64,000 nucleotides of DNA from a virus (taxonomy: Duplodnaviria; Heunggongvirae; Uroviricota; Caudoviricetes): the IMG/VR virus record IMGVR_UViG_3300040781_000350. One strand, written 5' to 3'. Both the position numbers and the translations under genes were made by a program. Below the pieces are notes generated by a model that was not told where the DNA came from, did no database searches, and saw nothing but the letters and a program-made list of their open reading frames with translations. Positions 46,112-54,050 of the stretch are shown here, piece after piece. Positions within the stretch are counted from its first letter, which is position 1. The number at the start of each line of letters is the position of its first letter.

Positions 46112-46388
46112 ATAGGAAGTTGGCTTAGAAGCAGCCATCTTTTAAAGAGTGGGGTCCACTCTCCCTTTGTGACTTTGTAACCTAGCCGGTCTGAACCAGG
46201 ATAAGGTAGGCGAACACAAAATAACAGCACTATCGTAATGATCTGCGGTAACTGTTTGAGTTAGTTGCGGGGAGCGTTCAGAGTGAGATTCGAGTAATAC
46301 GGCCGTGAAATGACACGGTTTCGAAATAGCAAAGCTCAGAAATGATAACCTTGCTATAAACCACCCCTTTGGCGTAAAAGCACACTAT
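46112..46388 (+). ncRNA. RNA containing a 23S rRNA L11-binding (H43-H44) domain mimic with a 221-nt insert
   Basis: AGGAAGTTGGCTTAGAAGCAGCCATCTTTTAAAGAGT [insert] GCGTAAAAGCACACTAT, near-identical to the conserved 23S 1051-1108 region. Confidence 0.8.
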
Positions 46389-46399
46389 AAAAATTTTAT

Positions 46400-46487
46400 G
46401 GAGGTATGGCGAAATTGGTAGCACGCAACGATCTTAAACGTCGTTGGTCGAAAGACCGTGAGGGTTCGAGTCCCTCTACCTCTACCA
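46400..46487 (+). tRNA. trnL: tRNA-Leu(UAA)
   Basis: ACGAT-CTTAAAC-GTCGT, class II, CCA. Confidence 0.88.
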
Positions 46488-46544
46488 TTTAACAATGAGC
46501 ATTGTGCCTCTCACCGAAGCACAAATTTATGCTCTACTCTTTAT

Positions 46545-46646
46545 GATCCGTTGGCGAAATTGGTAAACGCGCGGCAGAGGCCGTTCATATATTAATAATA
46601 CTAGTTAAACTATATGAGACTGGAGGTTCGAGTCCTTCACGGGTTA
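46545..46646 (+). pseudogene. Leu-type tRNA with collapsed 4-nt anticodon loop and AT-rich long V-arm
   Basis: Leu D-arm, GCGGC-AGAG-GCCGT, T-arm, no CCA. Confidence 0.6.
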
Positions 46647-46657
46647 TTTTTTTAAAT

Positions 46658-46744
46658 GCTCGAGTGGCGAAATTGGTAGCACGCGGTATCTTCAAACGTT
46701 ATTGTCCTCAGGACGTGTGGGTTCGAGTCCCACCTCGAGTACCA
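46658..46744 (+). tRNA. trnL: tRNA-Leu(CAA)
   Basis: loop TTCAAAC, class II, CCA. Confidence 0.85.
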
Positions 46745-46797
46745 TTTGAGAACTATATTTGATTCGATTAAATATTATTGTTCATTGAAATTTTTAT

Positions 46798-46869
46798 ATC
46801 GTAGTGTTGATGGTTAACAAGTTGATTCCAAACCAACTAACGAGGGTTCGATTCCTTCCTACGATGCCA
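46798..46869 (+). tRNA. trnW: tRNA-Trp(CCA)
   Basis: loop TTCCAAA, G73, short D-arm, CCA. Confidence 0.82.
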
Positions 46870-46871
46870 TT

Positions 46872-47020
46872 TGCTGCAGATTATTAAATGCCTATGTAGA
46901 TTTACATGGTACTGTTAACCGAAACAGAAGTAGGCCATTGGGTGCCGAATAGTACGTTAACTAGGGGATGACCGACTGAATAAGAGGTCTTTGTGATAGA
47001 CAAGATTCTATCCTGCAGCA
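46872..47020 (+). ncRNA. unassigned structured RNA (~150 nt)
   Basis: perfect closing stem TGCTGCAG/CTGCAGCA between two tRNAs. Confidence 0.5.
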
Positions 47021-47029
47021 TTATTTTAT

Positions 47030-47102
47030 TGGTGGGGTGCATGGTGCGCGCTCAGATCTCATAAGTCAGAGTTGGTCGGTTCAATCCCGACCCCACCAAC
47101 CA
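47030..47102 (+). tRNA. trnM: tRNA-Met(CAU), reduced D-arm
   Basis: loop CTCATAA, T-arm, CCA. Confidence 0.7.
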
Positions 47103-47105
47103 TTT

Positions 47106-47240
47106 TTGAGAGGATAAGCTATAGAGGGAGTAGAGTCGTATTCACCTGCCGAAAGGATAGGGGTGTTGGAAATCGTAAGGAGCCAGCCTACCACGGCCAC
47201 AAGCTGCACTGGTGAGTAAGTCCACAGTGTATTCTTTCAA
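47106..47240 (+). ncRNA. unassigned structured RNA (~135 nt)
   Basis: closing TTGAGAGGAT/ATTCTTTCAA, internal CACTG/CAGTG and GAAA tetraloop. Confidence 0.45.
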
Positions 47241-47249
47241 CAATTTTAC

Positions 47250-47598
47250 GGGGGTGACCAGGAATCGATTTGATGACATTGTCTACCCTATGCAAGCAGG
47301 AGTGATATCCTCCTTAACAATATCAAATTACTAATTGGCGAAAATCAATTAATGGCTGCGTAATTGTAGCCCCTCAAAACTAGAGATACCTGATATCTAG
47401 GAGTAGGGGTCGACTATCAGGCACCTGATCATTACAGGTTAAAGAAATGATGATTGGTTTGCGAGCTAAAAGAAATTCGTAGGACACCCGATAGTCCAAA
47501 CACGGGAGTAGATTGCTATTTACGAAGAAAATAGCTAAGCTTGTGAACGATTAGGATGACAAACATGAAAGACGCGAGTTCGAATCTCGCCACCTCCA
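47250..47598 (+). ncRNA. ssrA: tmRNA, tag (A)GENQLMAA
   Basis: GGGGGTG acceptor with G3:U70, tag ORF 47337-47363 ending GCT GCG TAA, 3' T-arm GCGAG-TTCGAAT-CTCGC. Confidence 0.93.
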
Positions 47599-47606
47599 GG
47601 TTTTAG

Positions 47607-47614
47607 TATAAATA
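47607..47614 (+). promoter_or_regulatory. T4-type late promoter
   Basis: exact TATAAATA 5 nt before the GIY-YIG start; TAAATA/TAAGTA precedes many other genes. Confidence 0.65.
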
Positions 47615-47619
47615 TATAC

Positions 47620-48351
47620 ATGAACTATGTATATAAAATTATAAATCGTATAAACGGTAAATATTATATCGGGATGAGAAAATGTCCAAAAGGTATAAAA
47701 CCTGATCAAGATAATTATTTCGGATCTGGTAAAAATATTAAAAGAGCTATTAAAAAATATGGTATTGATTCATTTTCAAAAGAAATACTTTATGAATCAT
47801 TAGATAGAGACTTTATTGCTGATAAAGAAAAGCAGTTAGTAAACAGTTTAACAGTTTCAGATAGTCAATGTTATAATATGCGTGTAGGTGGATATGGTGG
47901 ATGGGATCATGTTAATAAAGATAGAACATCTGCTTTTTATTCAGAAATAGGTAAAAGGGGGTATAAAGAAGGTATTTGTAAGTTAACAAAACATGAAAGA
48001 TCGCTGAGAAGTAAAAAATCTGCTATTACACGCAAAAAAACAAATTTCAAACATGAATATTCAGCTGAGCAACGTGAAAGAATGTCAAAATCACACAAAG
48101 GTTCAAAAAATTCACAATATGGTACAGTATGGTGTATTAAAGAAACATCACAAACCAATACTAAACATAACCGTAAAAAATTCAAATATACTGAAATACC
48201 TAAAGGTTGGATAACAACTCAAGCATGGAAAGAAAAAAACGACAAACGAGACCCTAAAAAAACACGTTCGTGGTATAACGATGGAAATAAAAGTTTTTTA
48301 TTACTACCAGATGATGTAAGAATAAAACTACTTTCAAAAGGTAGAATATAA
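47620..48351 (+). mobile_element. GIY-YIG homing endonuclease (Seg-like)
   Basis: YVYKIINRINGKYYIG, YFGSG, YNMRVGG. Confidence 0.9.
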
Positions 48352-48360
48352 CCACTTTAT

Positions 48361-48437
48361 GCAGCAGTCGCCTAACGGTATGGCACTTCCTTGCCAAGGA
48401 AGAATAATTGCGAGTTCAAATCTCGCCTGCTGCACCA
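48361..48437 (+). tRNA. trnG: tRNA-Gly(GCC)
   Basis: CTTCC-TTGCCAA-GGAAG, CCA. Confidence 0.9.
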
Positions 48438-48452
48438 TTTAAACAAAAAATT

Positions 48453-48782
48453 ATGCAATTCAAAATTAATGAACATGATAATCCGAGAATGATTGTCGAA
48501 GAAGCTCTGACTATAGCTGATAGAGTTCTTGTCGATAAACTTGACATACGAGAAAGTTATGCAAGACAATCATGTAATATGACTGCTCAAGAATTTCTGA
48601 ACAAATTCGGAGATGATCCTAAACTGCTTTGGATATTTAGACACTGTCATGGTGATGAATTTGATATCGGAGCATGTACAATGTGTGAACGTGTTGATTA
48701 TTTTCTTTGGGTTGTTCTTAGCAATACAAATGCTATTGTTTTAGCACGGAAACATAATTTACAAGAATATATGCCCGGATAG
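48453..48782 (+). CDS. hypothetical protein
   Basis: ATG 48453; TAG stop lies in the next tRNA. Confidence 0.65.
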   Translation: MQFKINEHDNPRMIVEEALTIADRVLVDKLDIRESYARQSCNMTAQEFLNKFGDDPKLLWIFRHCHGDEFDIGACTMCERVDYFLWVVLSNTNAIVLARKHNLQEYMPG

Positions 48783-48848
48783 TATAATGGATAATTACAT
48801 TCCCTTGGTATGGGAGGGATCGGAGTTCAATTCTCCGTCCGGGCTCCA
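48773..48848 (+). tRNA. trnT: tRNA-Thr(GGU)
   Basis: TTCCC-TTGGTAT-GGGAG, CCA. Confidence 0.85.
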
Positions 48849-48854
48849 TTTAAT

Positions 48855-48932
48855 GCTTACGTAGCACAATTTTGGTAGTGCACCTCACTCGTAAGGAGGT
48901 GGTTGTCGGTTCGAGCCCGATCGTAAGCTCCA
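48855..48932 (+). tRNA. trnT: tRNA-Thr(CGU)
   Basis: loop CTCGTAA, CCA. Confidence 0.88.
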
Positions 48933-48980
48933 TTTACAAATATAAATCTTACTTTTTTTACATTACCGGGTTTTGGAAAA

Positions 48981-49218
48981 GGAACCCAGTTATAATAGTT
49001 GAAATTCTTTATTATTAAGTAGTATACTTGAAAAGGAACTATAGTATAATAGAGGAAGTTCTTTTAAAGTTTAATATTTGTTTCAAAAAATGGTTGATAC
49101 CAGAGGAAACGTTGTTATAATAGGGTTATATTATTAATTCGATTATAATTATTTTCTAAATTGGTTGACATCAAAAGGAACAGTGTTATAATAAGAGAGT
49201 AATTTTAGTTCTTTAACA
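48981..49218 (+). promoter_or_regulatory. four tandem promoters with boxA-like elements
   Basis: TATAAT at 48991, 49045, 49116, 49187 (TTGACA-N16 at 49165); GTTCTTTAACA at 49208-49218. Confidence 0.75.
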
Positions 49219-50055
49219 GTTTAATAGATGGCGGTTTGGCGTCACTAGATAAAGCATCGTAAGGTGTTGAAAGCATATAGGTCTTAATATATGCGCTATG
49301 CAAATAGTCATCCATTCATTCCAAAGTTCTCATTGGCGAAAGTTGATGAGCATCAGTCCATTCTGGTGTGAAAGAACATATTGAGGGTTATAAGTGTACC
49401 TAGGCCAACGGTGAAGGTATACGGAAATTAGTAGTTTCCTGTGACCATACTAACTCAGTACTTCCTTAGAATAAATACTAACTCAGTACTTCCTTAGAAT
49501 AAACGGTAGATATCGTGTCAGAGTTTAGCAGACGATGGCTGATTATCATTACAAACGGGCGAGAGTTCGTGAAGTAGCCTCCAAACTTCCGCTAGAAGAG
49601 GAGATCGGAGCGTGTTGTATTTCGTAGTTCAAAAGACCGCGAAGCGACAGGACATGCACGCTCTATAAGACACAAAGAATATAGATCAATGGTAGATCAA
49701 TTGTATATAGAACAATATGTTGAAGGTTCAAGTCCTCCTTTTCATTAACACGAAAAAGCAAAAGCCATGTCCTTACGTTGTAGAAAATAGTCTAATACTA
49801 TACACGAAAGTGAATATAGTGCTTGTGAACTCGCAAGGGGATCAAGTTTAGCGATACAAGTAATCAAGTTTTGAGAGTAAGCTCCTCACTTCTGATGAAA
49901 ATATGCTGAGTATATAACGTACCATAGTAGAAATGCTACTACTTTAAAAAAGCGACTATTGTAACATACTATTTAAAAAGTAGTGGATAAGTTTTTAACC
50001 GATATAGGGTACGGAAACGAAAGTGTTACTGAAAAAGGTATAATCTCAGCCTCGG
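49200..50055 (+). ncRNA. large ornate ncRNA, GOLLD-like candidate, with embedded degenerate tRNA (~49674-49745)
   Basis: ~850 nt ORF-free region dense in GNRA-capped hairpins, between a strong promoter and a terminator next to the tRNA array. Confidence 0.6.
49447..49502 (+). repeat. perfect 28-nt tandem duplication
   Basis: ATACTAACTCAGTACTTCCTTAGAATAA x2. Confidence 0.95.
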
Positions 50056-50064
50056 GAATTTATT

Positions 50065-50097
50065 AAGCTCATCGTTTAGCGGCGGTGAGCTTTTCCA
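50065..50097 (+). terminator. rho-independent terminator
   Basis: AAGCTCATCG...CGGTGAGCTTTT. Confidence 0.75.
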
Positions 50098-50124
50098 TGT
50101 CAGGAACTACAGTATAATCTGAAT

Positions 50125-50544
50125 ATGGGAAATCTAATGCCAGCACTTCTAATAGCATTTGCTATACTATACACAACCGGTTGCTTGACAACTGATGATA
50201 TTCTTAATTCCAATACATACTCATACAGCGGTGCATTACAGATGAACCGAACGTACACAGGTGTTATCATTCAGGAGCGAACAGTGCATGCTGATACAAT
50301 CATCGGTCCGAAAATTAGAAGCCAAGAATTGGTAATCAAAGTGACACAACAGGGTTCGAGACCACTTTATCACCATGAGCTTGTTACTATCATTCAAAAA
50401 GATCAACCTGAAATCTCAACTGGGGATGAAGTGTTTATTATAACAGCATATAGGTATGGCAAACCAAAAGTGGTTGTTTCACCATATTATAGAGAGTCAC
50501 CGAGTAAAGTAAACTATCGGCTCATTGAAGCTACAGGGATTTGA
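50125..50544 (+). CDS. lipoprotein, SlyB/Pcp-like
   Basis: lipobox TTGC; NTYSYS..Q..TYTGVIIQER; promoter GGAAC-N5-TATAAT at 50103-50118. Confidence 0.6.
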   Translation: MGNLMPALLIAFAILYTTGCLTTDDILNSNTYSYSGALQMNRTYTGVIIQERTVHADTIIGPKIRSQELVIKVTQQGSRPLYHHELVTIIQKDQPEISTGDEVFIITAYRYGKPKVVVSPYYRESPSKVNYRLIEATGI

Positions 50545-50559
50545 ACTAAATAACTGTAT

Positions 50560-50832
50560 ATGGTAATTAAAAAATACAGCGCCAGTTGGTGCGGACCTTG
50601 TAAAGCATACAGTCCAATTTTTGAAAAAGTAAAAAACAAAATATCCAGACATCGAATTTGAGACTGTAGATATCGAAAAGCAAGAAAATATTAAACAAGC
50701 TCAGGAATACGGTATTAAATCTATCCAACCACTATTATTGAAATGAATAATGTAGTTTTAGCACAAGAAGACGGAGTACTTTCAGAGCATGAACTTGATC
50801 AGCTTATAGCTAAATTTTACCATAAATTCTGA
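50560..50832 (+). pseudogene. trxA: thioredoxin with two single-base frameshifts (or sequencing errors)
   Basis: ASWCGPCK motif; one extra A at ~50640 and one missing C at ~50725 restore YPDIEF...GIKSIPT. Confidence 0.75.
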
Positions 50833-50844
50833 TTTATCATTAAT

Positions 50845-51069
50845 ATGAAAACCTGTACTGTACGAACACTAAATATAGACATAGTGTCGGACTTCACAAA
50901 GAGTATTCTGTATAAGCTTTACCTACTCGAAAAAGAGGAAATAGAGAAGCTAAAGTGGATTGAGTCTGAAAAAGTAGGTCAAAATATTGGTAATAATAAA
51001 GCTGTTCTAATCTGGATTCGTCGGTACAGAGCTGATTGGTTCAAATCAATTAAAGATGATTTAGATTAA
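50845..51069 (+). CDS. small protein, DUF4032-like
   Basis: EEIEKLKWIESEKVGQNIG...W...YRADW. Confidence 0.55.
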   Translation: MKTCTVRTLNIDIVSDFTKSILYKLYLLEKEEIEKLKWIESEKVGQNIGNNKAVLIWIRRYRADWFKSIKDDLD

Positions 51070-53306
51070 CCTTTGTACTCATTAACTACTGGATCAGCTG
51101 TTGATCTAGCACTGAGATTAAGTTCTTTAGCATCAGTACGAACCTCAGCATTTGTCGCTTTAAGATCAAGTGGTAGATTAGGAAAAATATGAGCATGTTC
51201 GTATGCTTGTACAAGATTTGGTTCACTTGTGACAACAGTGATTGTACCTGTTGATGGTTTTACTGCACCGTCATTATCTAATGTAAAGTCGCTTCCTAGT
51301 GTTGCTGTAAATGAAACACCACCTACCAATTCACCGAATAACTGAGTTATATTAGTTCGCTGCCATTCAAGCGGAGCAGTAACATGTTGTAGATATGTTT
51401 CCCCCTCGATCATTATACCACCACCGACGACAACATTACCACCAACTCCGAGATTATTTTCAACTAAGATTTGACGCTGGCGTTTTGAACGTAATCTCAG
51501 AATCTCACCAGATATGTTTACGGTATTAGCATCAATATTCACTTCATTTTCAGAACCGATATTGACTTGTTCCCCAGCTATATTCGTAATCGTACCAGTA
51601 ATATTAGTTGGTCCGTATGATTTGAGGTTCAAACCACCAGCTCCGACCATTACGTTATAACGGTTGCAAACATTTAAAGTGTAATTACCACCAGGCATAT
51701 CTTGAACATGTACATACTCTACAAGAGGTGATGCAGCTCTACTTTGATATACAACGCTATCATCAACAAGGACTTCATTAGGTGTTAATTTACCAATATT
51801 GTCAAGTCGAATACTACCAAAATCGTTCATGAGCATCCCGATTGTTTCCATCTTATGCTTTGTAATTTCGATAATTTCACTCCCGCCAATACCCATTTTA
51901 CGTTCAATTTCTGCAAGTTCGACGATCTTACTATTTATAATAGCTGTTAATTCATCTTTTTTAGTTTCAACTTCCCAAGCACCGTCTTGTGTTGAAGGAC
52001 TAAGCCCGCTGTTTAATAATAACCCAGATTGTGTCTCCCAATCACCTGTTATAGATGCATTTGCTGCATTACCTATTGAATCAACAGCATCAACAAGATC
52101 AACATCATCCTTTACTGTATTGTTTCTTATCTGTACAGCTGGTACACTAAGTGAATTGTTTAAATTTAGACTTAAATATACATCACTCAACACATTAAAA
52201 TCTGCAAAAGTACCTGATCTAGTTTGCTGTACACTATTGCGTTTAAGAATAACGTTACCGCTCCCATCTTTAACAGAATTATCTACTGCTCGTCTGATTT
52301 CAAACAACTGTTTGTTGTCTTGAATACCTGAAACAATATCTCTCCACTGTTCAAAATATTCAGCATTTAGATTACCAACTTTGGTATACTTGTCTCTCTG
52401 TACAATTTCGTCAAGATTCTTACCTGTAAATTCGTTTCTGAATCCTTGTACTGTAGAATAACTATCGTTTTGAATAAGTGATTGTTTGTTATTTGATGCA
52501 AATTCTGTACTTGTATGGTTATTCATTTCATTGAATGAACCACTACTTTGTGTAAGCTTTACACTCTCCTTGAGATCAGTATTACATATTTCAAATGCTC
52601 CACCTTTTTGATTTATCAAATATTTGTTTCGGTATGTTTCGACATTATGATCTGGCTCAGTAATACCACTACCATAATTTTCAAACTTGCCAGGGTAATC
52701 AATATCATCATAGACACCAGCCCAATCACTTTTACCAAACGATGCTCCCATTATAACAGGAAATTGCGGATCACCTTCTCTGAAGAATACAAAAACGTGT
52801 GCACCTACAGCAGGTATACCAAACGCACCTTTTGCTCTATTAGAGTATGTAGATGGTTTATACATATAACTGTATGGGTTTTTGTTATTTACTCTTTCAT
52901 CATTAGCAAACGCATCTTTCGGTCTGTTAAAACTTTTTTCATAAACTTCACCAGGTGCTTGACCTACTGGTTCACCAGACGCAGATTTAAAATTTGTTTG
53001 GGTATTTGAATCGGAAATGCTACCATATAAACTACGATTATTAAATCGCGCACTTGCATTTTCACTTGTAAGCGGCATACATGTTTCACTCCATGGTAAA
53101 ATTTGTTTCAGTGTGTTTAATATTGGTGTTAAATCACTATCAATATTCAAACCAGTGAATTTAAATTTTTTGTTTGTGTTATCCTTCACCCAGTCTGTAT
53201 AGACAGCACTAGCTATATGAGGTACAAACACTTTCACGCGTCCTCGTTTTTCCGGGTCGTTATTTTGTACTACTATACCTGTGTATATGCTGTTGTATTC
53301 TTTCAT
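51066..53306 (-). CDS. baseplate hub / tail spike (T4 gp5-like, OB-fold plus beta-helix)
   Basis: GIVVQNNDPEKRGRVKVFVP, PAVGAHVFVFFREGDPQFPV, beta-repeat C-terminus. Confidence 0.8.
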   Translation of the reverse strand: MKEYNSIYTGIVVQNNDPEKRGRVKVFVPHIASAVYTDWVKDNTNKKFKFTGLNIDSDLTPILNTLKQILPWSETCMPLTSENASARFNNRSLYGSISDSNTQTNFKSASGEPVGQAPGEVYEKSFNRPKDAFANDERVNNKNPYSYMYKPSTYSNRAKGAFGIPAVGAHVFVFFREGDPQFPVIMGASFGKSDWAGVYDDIDYPGKFENYGSGITEPDHNVETYRNKYLINQKGGAFEICNTDLKESVKLTQSSGSFNEMNNHTSTEFASNNKQSLIQNDSYSTVQGFRNEFTGKNLDEIVQRDKYTKVGNLNAEYFEQWRDIVSGIQDNKQLFEIRRAVDNSVKDGSGNVILKRNSVQQTRSGTFADFNVLSDVYLSLNLNNSLSVPAVQIRNNTVKDDVDLVDAVDSIGNAANASITGDWETQSGLLLNSGLSPSTQDGAWEVETKKDELTAIINSKIVELAEIERKMGIGGSEIIEITKHKMETIGMLMNDFGSIRLDNIGKLTPNEVLVDDSVVYQSRAASPLVEYVHVQDMPGGNYTLNVCNRYNVMVGAGGLNLKSYGPTNITGTITNIAGEQVNIGSENEVNIDANTVNISGEILRLRSKRQRQILVENNLGVGGNVVVGGGIMIEGETYLQHVTAPLEWQRTNITQLFGELVGGVSFTATLGSDFTLDNDGAVKPSTGTITVVTSEPNLVQAYEHAHIFPNLPLDLKATNAEVRTDAKELNLSARSTADPVVNEYKG

Positions 53307-53999
53307 TTAAATAATCTGATTCAATTCGTATAATTTTTGCGACGCAAGGTCTGTACCTGTATCGATGTTTAAAATAGTGGTATCAACATCGTTAATGAGT
53401 TGTTGTTGGGATGACCCTAAATTCGTTTGACTTACGTTATTTACAATTTCGTTAACACTTTCGTCCACGACATCATTCATGATATCATTAACATAACTTG
53501 TTTTTAGAGCAGGGTTTGTTGTTATATCACGTACACGAACATTTGATATTTGTGATATTTTTTCACTTTGCTTTCTAAGTGAACTATTTATTAACGAACT
53601 TGACTCGACCTGTTCAGGTATTTGTTCTTGGAATGAATCAATTTCTGATTGTAACGAACTTGTAATATTCGTTGATACATCTTTTATCTGCGACGCAACA
53701 TTTGTGTAATTTGAAAGCTTACTCTGTATTGTATCTTGAGCTTGCTGAGTTATCGATCCAACAAAGCCATCCACATTAAAATCTGTAACTTTATCATATA
53801 CATTTACAACACCTTGCTTTATATCTACTATTGTATCAATACTAAAGTTGATTGTATTACGGATTTGGTCTTTAATTGCGGTTATAGTATTCTCAGCAAT
53901 AGTTGTTTTAGCATCCACATCTAAGTTCTCAATTTTTGACGGAATCGCTTTATTGAGTTCAGCTGTTACACTATCTGGTTGTGGTATATTATACGCCAT
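53307..53999 (-). CDS. hypothetical protein
   Basis: start at MAYNIP. Confidence 0.65.
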   Translation of the reverse strand: MAYNIPQPDSVTAELNKAIPSKIENLDVDAKTTIAENTITAIKDQIRNTINFSIDTIVDIKQGVVNVYDKVTDFNVDGFVGSITQQAQDTIQSKLSNYTNVASQIKDVSTNITSSLQSEIDSFQEQIPEQVESSSLINSSLRKQSEKISQISNVRVRDITTNPALKTSYVNDIMNDVVDESVNEIVNNVSQTNLGSSQQQLINDVDTTILNIDTGTDLASQKLYELNQII

Positions 54000-54050
54000 G
54001 TATATCATTATTTAACTGGACATACAGGATTTACAAACTATAATAACCAT

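Noticed and set aside
46112-46388. A true 23S rRNA gene or host contamination
   Set aside because: Only ~55 nt match, interrupted by an insert and flanked by phage tRNAs; no other rRNA sequence nearby.
50560-50832. Programmed frameshifting in thioredoxin (and at 29708 and 41129)
   Set aside because: All are single-base indels in short homopolymers. Two in one small gene point to sequencing/assembly error or decay rather than recoding.
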